The notes under the pieces: model-generated
The model's database searches: none
What the model was told of the DNA's origin: nothing
What the model saw: the letters and a program-made list of their open reading frames with translations, nothing else
Assembly: GCA_004431415.1 (NCBI GenBank)
Contig: QPMI01000628.1
Location: 1-64,000, forward strand
Length of the DNA: 64,000 nt
Direction of reading: 5' to 3'
Source of the DNA: Cyanophora paradoxa CCMP329
Taxonomy: Eukaryota; Plantae; Glaucophyta
Position numbers and translations under genes: made by a program
Part shown: positions 56,172 to 64,000 of the stretch, piece by piece
Layout: each line of letters starts with the position of its first letter
Position numbering within the stretch: the first letter of the stretch is position 1

Positions 56172-59100
56172 CTATACGTCGCCGTCGTCCTCCTCGTCGT
56201 CGCCGCCCCTGCCGCCCTTGCGGCCGCCGCCGGCCCCCTGCCGAAGGTTCGCCATCGCTCGCAGGAACTTGTTCGGCGTCCAGACGTGCGTCGAGCCTGT
56301 CAGGCGGCGGGTTCGAATCCGGCGCGGGCCGGATGTGGGCGCAAGGGACGGGTACCGACGAGGATGTCGCGCTTGTTCGCGTTGGCCACTTCGTGCGCCG
56401 CCCGCGTCTCGCTGGGAGCGGCATCAGCGAAGTTGACGCTGGGGTCTAGGGGGTACGGGTCCACACCTGAAAGTCACGCCGCCCGCAACGAACACTATGA
56501 CGCGGGGCCCCGTCACCGTCTCCTCCTGCGCCGCGGGTTCGGATCCGGGCGGGGATGTTTCCCCAAAGGGGGTACACGAGCCTTGCCCTTCTTGCCGGCG
56601 CCCCAGGAAGGCTTCTTCGTCGACCGGCGCTCCTCGGAGGCCGACGAGGAACCCGCCCCCGGCTGCACCTGCGTACCACCAGCACGAGTCAGGAGGGGTT
56701 GAGAGAGATGAAGGGGGGGGAGGAGGGGAGAGCAGGACCTTGCGCGTGTCGTAGAAGGGGTATGCGTCCGCAGGCAACTCGTCCTTCACGAGCTCCTTTG
56801 GGGGGGGGGGGGGGGTCAGCAGGAGGGTACGGAAGTTGCAGGACACGAGGGGGGGTACGAGGGCCCACCTCGAGAATGGTGCGGAGGTGCGGCTGGTACC
56901 TCGAGAGCTCGTAGGGCACGTCGTCCGAGCGCTGCGGGGCGTGAGGGGGGGACCGGTGCAGGCGAAAAAAAAGCCTGGGGTACCCGCGTCTTCTTCCGCT
57001 TCTTCCCCCCGAAGAGTGACTTGGAGAGGCTCTTCTGGGGCTACGAGGGGGCGAGATCAGATCAGAAAAGATCGGATCGGATCAGATCGGATCAGATCAG
57101 ATCAGATCAGGTGAGATCGAATTCGAACCTTGGCGATGGAGACGCCGATCTCCTTCAGGTTGAGCAGGGCGGCCTGGCCGGCCGGCTGGCGTCAGCCGCG
57201 GGGGGTACGTCGCGGGGCCTGCCCTCTCCCAGGACTAGGATTGAGCACGCCTCCCATCCTCCTATCCGGCCGCGGGGTTCCCAAAGACGCCTCCCATCCT
57301 ATCCGGCGCGCGCACCTGGTCGGGCTATCCCATCCTATCCCTCCCAGCCCTGGGCACGCCTCCCACCCTACCCGCCCCGCCTCCCATCCTCCCATCCTAC
57401 CCGCTCTCAGCCTACCTGGTCGGCGAGGGTCAGGCCGGCGGACTTGAAGAGCTTGTCGCGGTCGCTCTCCTTGATGCCCTCCTGCGCGCGGCGCGGGCGG
57501 GGCGGGCGTGAGTGAGGCGGCGCGGCAAGTCGTCGCCTCCCGCGCATTGTGCAGGGGAGCTGGGCGCTGGACCCCGCGCCCCTCTAGCTAGCAACTAGGC
57601 GCTGGACCCCGCACCCCCATCACCTGGGTGATGATGTAGATCATAACTAGGGGACTAGGGGGACTAGCGCATGGAGCAAGGGACTAGGCGCTGGACCCCG
57701 CGCCCCTCCACCAAGTCCGGCGCCTCTACTCCCGACTCTCGCGGGCACCTGGGTGATGATGTAGATCATGAGGAGGCGCATCTTGTCCTCCGGGGAGCGC
57801 GAGGTGTCGGCGAGCAGCGGGATCAGCGCGTTCACGAGGCCACGCGGCGCGTTCCCGTCCACGTCCTCCCCGCACGCCATGTCCTGCGCTCGCATCGGAT
57901 CCGATCCGATCCGATCCGATCTGATCTAAGGCGGGGCTAGAGGCGGGGGTCGGGCGGGGCGCCCGGCCGACCTGCTTCTAAGATCTCAAAGCTTCGAAGA
58001 TCTAATTATCATAGAAGAAGGAGGCGTCGGGGACCTGCTCGAGGCGGGAGAGCTTCTCGAGGTCTAAGCTTCTAGATCCCAGAGCTTCTAGATCCCAAAG
58101 CTTCTAAGACCTAAGATCTTCTAAGACCCAAGATAGATCTTCTTGGGTACCGGGCGGACCTGCTCGAGGCGGGAGAGCTTCTCGAGGTCGAGCTCGTGGA
58201 ACTTGGCCATGCAGTTCTTCAGCAGCGTCATGTGCAGCGAGTACTGCGCGCGCGAGGAGCGTGAGAGGCAGAAGCGCAGCCGAGCATGCTAGGGTGCTAG
58301 GGTGCTAGGGTGCTAGGGTGCAAGGGCGCAGCGTTGCAGGCGTCGAGCTGCTAGAGCTAGAGGGCCGCCCGCCCAGCTAGGGGTCAAGCTGCTAGGGCTA
58401 GAGGGCCCAGAGAGCTAAAAGGCCCGAACGTGGAATCCAAACGAGGCGCGAATCTTAGCTCGAGCGGACCTTGGCGAGGAGCTCCTTGGCTAGGAATCTA
58501 AACTTAACCAAACTATCTCCAAATCCTGGGATCTACAGGGCGTACCTTGGCCAAGAGCTCCTTGGCCTGGGGCAGCGAGCGGATCGCCTCCATCATGTCC
58601 GAGAGCTCCTTCACCTCGCCCACCGACGCCCGCGCCGCCTTGTTGTTCTGCGCGGGATGGAAGGCCGAGGCCGAGCGGATCAGCGGGGGTTCTTCAGAAG
58701 GATCGGGTTACTGGAGCGGGCAGCAGAGATCAGGAATACTGCTAGAGTTCCGGTTGCCGCAGGCTGATACCGCCGAGCACTCTCCCCTAACCTCCAAGCG
58801 CCCTCGGCCCGCCCCGCGGCCCGCGGGGGCGGGGGCGGGGGAGGGGGCGGGGGCGGCTCGGGGAGGGCGGCCTCTTAGGCCGTAGGCCTCGTAGGCCGGA
58901 TCTCTGATCTCTGATCTCAAAAGCGGACCTTGAGGTAGTCGTTGAACTGGTCGACGACGGAGTTCATGCACTCCGCCACGTGGCTGTGCCGCAGCGTCTG
59001 AAGAAGAAGAGGAAGAAGAAGTCAGAAGAGCAGGGGTTGGGGGGGGGGGGGGGGGGGCGGTGGGGGCGAGGGGGTGGGGGGGTACTTCGCGGACCTGCCA

Positions 59101-62100
59101 GAGGGCGTCGTTCTCGCCCAGGACGACCTCGCGCTCCCCGGAGCCCGACGCCTGCGGCGAAAGGAACGGGTACGTGAGCGAGAGAGCCAGGGAAGCGGCG
59201 GGGGAGGGTGGCTGAGCCGGAGGGCTTGTGTCTTTTTATCCATCTCGTGGATCTCACTGTTAGCTTTTTGGGCCGCGCACCTTGCCCTTCTTGGCGCCGG
59301 AGCTGCTGCCCTCGTCGGCGGCCGGCGCGCCCTCCGCCTTCAGCCTGTCCCGAGATCGGATCAGATCGGATCGGATCAGATCAGATCAGATCTGACCTGA
59401 TGCGGTCGCCGTCCTCGACGTCGAGCAGGTCGTAGACCATCGCCTGCGCGGACATAAGGCTCGAGAAGGCTGACAGGAGCGCGGCGGGGCGAGCGGGGGC
59501 CGGCCGGGCCGGGGCGGGGCCGGGCCGGGGCGGGCCGGGCCGGGGGCCGGGCGGGGGCAGCCGCCTTCGTGGGTGAAGCACGACCCGATAGATAACTCTC
59601 TCTTAGTTCTCTCTTAGGCGCTGGGCCGGGGGCGGGGGCGGGAGTCTGCCTGGTAGGGGTACTCGTGGGTTACTAGCAGACTAGTACGAGGACTAGTACG
59701 AGGCTTCGAACATCGTCTCTCGGGGGGCCGGGGGCGGGCGCGGGGGCGGGGGTTTGCCTGGTAGGAGTACTCGTGGGTGAGGCAGGCGACGGCGTCGACG
59801 GAGCGGTCCAGGATCAGCAGCGTCGCCGGCTGCGGCGCCGTCGCCTGCCCAAGGAGGAAGGGGAAGAGGTTAGGAGGCGCTGAAACACCCTCTTCCAAAC
59901 TTAGACCTTAGACCCTTAAACCCTAAAGGGGAGGAGGTCGGGAGGCGGCGACCGGACGGGTCGCGCTGGAAGAAAGACCTCCCCCAGACTTTAGAACGTT
60001 AAAGCCTGGGAAACGGAGGGGAGGGGTCGGAGGCCGTAGTTGAGGAGGGACACGAGGCGTCCCAATGGCGTTCCTAGGGCCGCGCAGGACCCCTTCCCCC
60101 CCCCCCCCCCCCCGCCCCCTCCCCCCCTTCCCCCCGGGCGCGGCGGGCGGACCTTGATCACGCCGCTCTTGCAGGCGGCGGACCCTTAGACCCTTAGAAC
60201 CTTAGAGCCCGGGGATCGGAGCTTGGATTAGAGCCCTTAGCGTCTTAGCTTCGGCTTCTTAAGCTTCATAGCATCAGAATCCCCTTGAGCTCGCTCTTAG
60301 CGACTTCACAGCGGCGGGCGGACCTTGATGACACCGCTCTTGCAGGCGGCGTCGATCTTGCTGGCGGCGAGCTTCGCCAGCTCGGCCGCGACCTGGCCGG
60401 CAGGGCGGGGCGGGGCGGGGCGGGGCGGGGCCGGCGTCAGTCACGCGGGCGAGGGGAGCTCGAGGGCAAGCTTAATTGAGAAGCCGGCGCTGAGCAGCTC
60501 GAGGATAGTCGCTCGCTAAGCTGACCGCTTGAGGAGCCCTAGCGCTTAGCGAGCTTGTGGAGCTCATGAAGCTAAAGCTTGAGTAACTCAAGAAGCCGAA
60601 GCTGGGATCGAGGGGCGGCTAAACTAGCTAAGCTGACCTGGGAGTGCGAGTCGTGGCGGACGACGGGCTATGAAGCTTAAGAATCGTTCGCTATGAAGCT
60701 ATGAAGTTTCTAAGAGCGAGCTTAAGGAGATTATGATGCTATGAAGCTTAAGAAGCCGAAGCCAAGCGGACCTGGGAGTGGGAGTCGTAGCGGATGATGG
60801 GGTTCTCGCCCAGCGTTGCGCACAGCGTCATCAGCTGCGCCCCCGCCGGCGTCAGCGGGGGGCGGGAGGGAGGCGGGGCGAGCCGCCGAGCCCGGAGGCC
60901 GAGCTAGGAAAGCTGTAACGGAGGGAGGCGAGGAGAGCCGCCGAGCCCGGAGGCCGAGCCAAGGTAAATCGAAGCATCTAAGATGCAAGCCAAACTCGGC
61001 CCTTCTCGTTAGGCCTTAGCTTAAGCTGAGGCGGGCCGAGCGTGGCGTCTGCGCCCGTCTAGCCCGGATCGCCCCTCGCTCGCGCGCGTGAACCTTTTAA
61101 GGCCTCTAAGCCTCTAGATAGGCCCTGCTAGATAGGCCTCGAAGCAGAGGTGGGCCTAGCCTGGCGTCTCACGCGCCTGGACCATGGTGCGGTCCAGGAG
61201 CCCCCAGAGGCCGAGCTAAGTAGGTTAAACCGTAGCACCTAGGCTAGGCGAGCTAGGCGAAGCTGCAGCATCTAAGATGCAAACTAAACTTCTCAGTCTG
61301 GCCGGTGCGGTCCTTCTAGATGGGCCTCCAAGCAGACCTGGACCATGGTGCGGTCCTTCTCGATGGCGGCCTCGCGCTTGCCCTGGAAGTCCGGCGAGAA
61401 GAGCAGCGCCAGCGAGTCCGGCAGCTCCTCCTGGGCTGCGAAGGGGGGTAAGGGGAGGACGGGGGGGAGAGGGGGAGGGGGGTACTGCGCACTCTTGGCG
61501 CCGCCGGTGCCCCAGAAGCGCAGGAGGTCGGGCGGGTCGAAGAGGAACGTCGACCCCTTCTCGCTCCCCTCGTACGCTGATCCGATCCGATTCCAATCAG
61601 ATCGAATTCTTCGAGTTCGAATTCGAATTCGAATCTTAAATTTGCGTACCCAGGAACTCGAGGTAGACCTCCTTGACCGTCCGGATGCGCTTGATGAGCG
61701 GATCGCACGTGCGCAGCTTGCGGAAGAGGTCGTCGCTGATCTCTGCGCAGCGGGCGGGCGTGTCAACAGGACGGAGAAGGACCGGCGGAGCGGAGCGGGC
61801 GCGGGCGCGGGCGCACTGGAGGTGATGAAGAGGTGGACGGCGGCGTACTGGGGCCGCTTCGCGTCCTTAAAGTCTTCGCAGAGGGCGTCGATAGAGCGCG
61901 CCGTGGGCGAGATGATGTAGATCGCCTCCATCTGGGGGCGCAGCGCCCCGCGTCGGAAGGCTGCTGCGGGCGCGCGGCGCGGGCGCGGCGGCGGGTGGGC
62001 GGCGGGCGGACCTCGGAGAGCGGCTGGCGCTTGGCCTTGCCCTCCGGATCGATCTTTTCCACGACTGCGCGGCGCGGCGGTCGGCGGCGGGGCGGCGCGG

Positions 62101-62411
62101 CGCGCGGCGGGCGGCGCGGGCCGGGGCGCGGCGCGGCGCACGGGTCACGCCCTCTTCCATGATATCATACATGCGGCAGGCGGCCGAGACGATGCGGAGC
62201 GTGACCGCATCGCAGACGACGACCTTCCAGCCGCTCGACGGCTTGACAGAGCGCACGATGTCCTGCAGGAGCCCTGCGCCGCGCTCACAGTGAGTTGCCG
62301 CGCGGGAGAGGCGCGGCCGGCCGGCGCACTCTCTTTGACGAGCTCGCGGAGGCTGCGCGCGCGTGAGCGGGGGTTGGCGGCGGTCGGCGGTGGCGCGGCG
62401 GACCTCGGCAT
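56172..62411 (-). CDS. SEC1: Sec1/Munc18 (SM) family syntaxin-binding protein
   Basis: WKVVVCD..RIVSAACRMYDIMEEGVT; MEAIYIISPT..SI; YAAVHLF; LCATLGENPIIRY; LLILDRSVD..LTHEYSYQAMVYDLL; LW..LRH.H; YSLH; EQDMACG; DKMRLLMIY; YELSRY; RVIVFVAGGVT.SE.R. Confidence 0.96.
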
Positions 62412-62900
62412 GATCAGATGGTCAGTGCTGTAGTCAGGGAGGTCCTCGAGCGGGAGGCCGATGCTCCGACGAGAGCCGTGGAGGTCCGAATGGGCCGGGT
62501 GGTCTGAGACAAACCCGTGCCCTGCGCCGCGGCGGACGTTGAGAGTTGTGCGAGGCCTCTTCGACCCCGGAGGCGCGCACCGTCGAGAAGACGAACGGAA
62601 TCGGTTGCCCTACCTAGTGGTTCGTACTTCACGCTGAAAGCGGCGGCGAAAGGCGCGCAGTCAGAACCGAACAGAAGCGAGGCCGGGATGGCCGCAGGAG
62701 GGCGCCGGACCTTGGGTAAGGACTCTCACCCCTTTCGCTCATACAAAGCAGCGGTCAGCGTGACTGCCGACCCCGCCGACGAGCTTAATGCGCTGTACCC
62801 GTCGCAAGTTCGTCCCCCCTGCAACCGCTGTTTCACGCACGGGCTCCGCGGCGGGCCTTTGAGCACTCGGATCAACGGATTGGATGCGCTAGCTACGATC

Positions 62901-64000
62901 ATGGCAAGCGGGGATGTGGACTGGAGCCCCGACTGCCCGCTGTGTGAGGAGTTGTTGCGACAGCCTGTCGTGCTACCGTGCGGGTACGGCCCGGAGCGGG
63001 CATGTTTAAACTCCGTTTCGAGCCTTTCCGATCTCTGAACCACTCTCCGGGCACCGCCGCCTGGCAGCTGCTGCTTCTGCCTGCAGTGCATCAAGAAGTT
63101 GAAATCGAGAGTTTGCCCGCGCTGCGGACCTCCGAATGGCGTCCCGCAGACTCTCAAGGTCCGCGAAGCCTCGAATACGCGGCTGCGGTGACGCTGCACG
63201 CGCACCTCGAGCCCGCTGACGCAAGACACGCGCAGGTCTGCGGCGTGCTCGCCGGCGCGCTCAAGCGCATCCAGCTCCAGGACAAGGCGCGCGATCCTTC
63301 TCTCCTCCGCCCTGCCGCGCTGACGGGGGCGCGGGCAGGTGGGCGGGAGCTTCACGCACGTCGACCTGGGCGAGCTGGAGCTGGCCGAGCTGCTCGGCGA
63401 GGGCAGCTTCGGGAAGGTCCGAGGCTCGGGCGCTGCGCTCCGGCATCGCGCGTGCGCCCTGACTTCGTTCGCACGCGCGCAGGTCTTCCTCGCGCGCTGG
63501 AACGGGATGTCCGTCGCGTGCAAGTTCCTCCAGGAGGCCGGCACCGACGAGCTGCAGGCCCGCCCCGGATCGAATCCCGGATCGAATCTCTTCGCCCCGC
63601 CCCGCCCCGCCCCGGCTAAGACGGGGCGCGCAGGCCTTCGAGAAGGAGCTCGCCGTGCTGAGGTACCCCCCCCCCGCCCGCGTTCGATCTTTGTACCCCT
63701 CCGCCGGCCCCTCAGACCGCCCGCAGCCGCCTGAGGCACCCCAACGTCGTGCTCCTCCTCGGCGCCTCCCTGGACCCCGTGCGCCCTGTACCCCCTCCTC
63801 GTCCACCCCCCCCCCCAACTTTCGGCCGCAGCCGATGCTGGTGACGGAGTTCTGCGCGGGGGGCACCATCGAGGGCCTCATCGCCGCGGCGGCACGTACC
63901 CCCGTCCCGCCTCCCCCCCCTCCCCCCCTGCTTTCCTCACGTACCCCCCCGCAGGGCCCGCGGGGCCTGGAGCGGGACCTTGCGTACGCAGTCGCCCTCG
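62901..64000 (+). CDS. RING-finger plus tyrosine-kinase-like protein kinase, 5' part (runs off the window)
   Basis: CPLC..PVVLPCG|CCFCLQC..CPRC; LGEGSFGK|VF.ARW..VACK; FEKEL..LRHPNVVLLLGAS; MLVTEF. An upstream ATG at 62688 is possible. Confidence 0.85.

Noticed and set aside
37850-64000. Numerous long Arg/Pro/Gly/Ala-rich ORFs in the six-frame track
   Set aside because: Expected from very high GC; they cross introns or are antisense to the spliced genes called above.

Overview
Eukaryotic, very GC-rich, intron-dense genomic DNA (alga/protist-like; many short GT/GC-AG introns, poly-G/C tracts). The provided ORF track is mostly spurious, so genes were read exon by exon. Host genes: a cytochrome P450 (+, 47.7-53.3 kb), a multi-pass membrane protein (-, 38-42 kb), a DnaJ-type Zn-finger protein (-, 54-55.6 kb), Sec1/Munc18 (-, 56.2-62.4 kb) and the start of a RING + TKL kinase (+, 62.9 kb to window end). 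A ~6 kb segment (P450 plus the 5' part of an AAA+ ATPase gene) is present twice in inverted orientation (3.9-10.0 kb vs 43.05-51.65 kb). Between the arms lies a lower-GC zone containing a tyrosine-recombinase (DIRS/PAT/Ngaro-type) retrotransposon with split direct repeats, several L1/Tx1-like LINE insertions with TSDs, a MITE, and a ~25-exon gene for a beta-rich protein with tandem ricin-B-like (beta-trefoil) domains. The right arm carries a non-autonomous CACTA element whose empty site is visible in the left arm. Most unusual signals: (1) pervasive short insertions that create local palindromes, shown directly by paralog comparison; (2) introns that repeatedly carry a diverged echo of the adjacent exon end plus its splice junction; (3) a candidate lectin/pore-forming-type protein; (4) a YR retroelement whose B-A junction repeat sits between gag and pol. 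Many frameshifts fall in homopolymers and may be long-read consensus errors.
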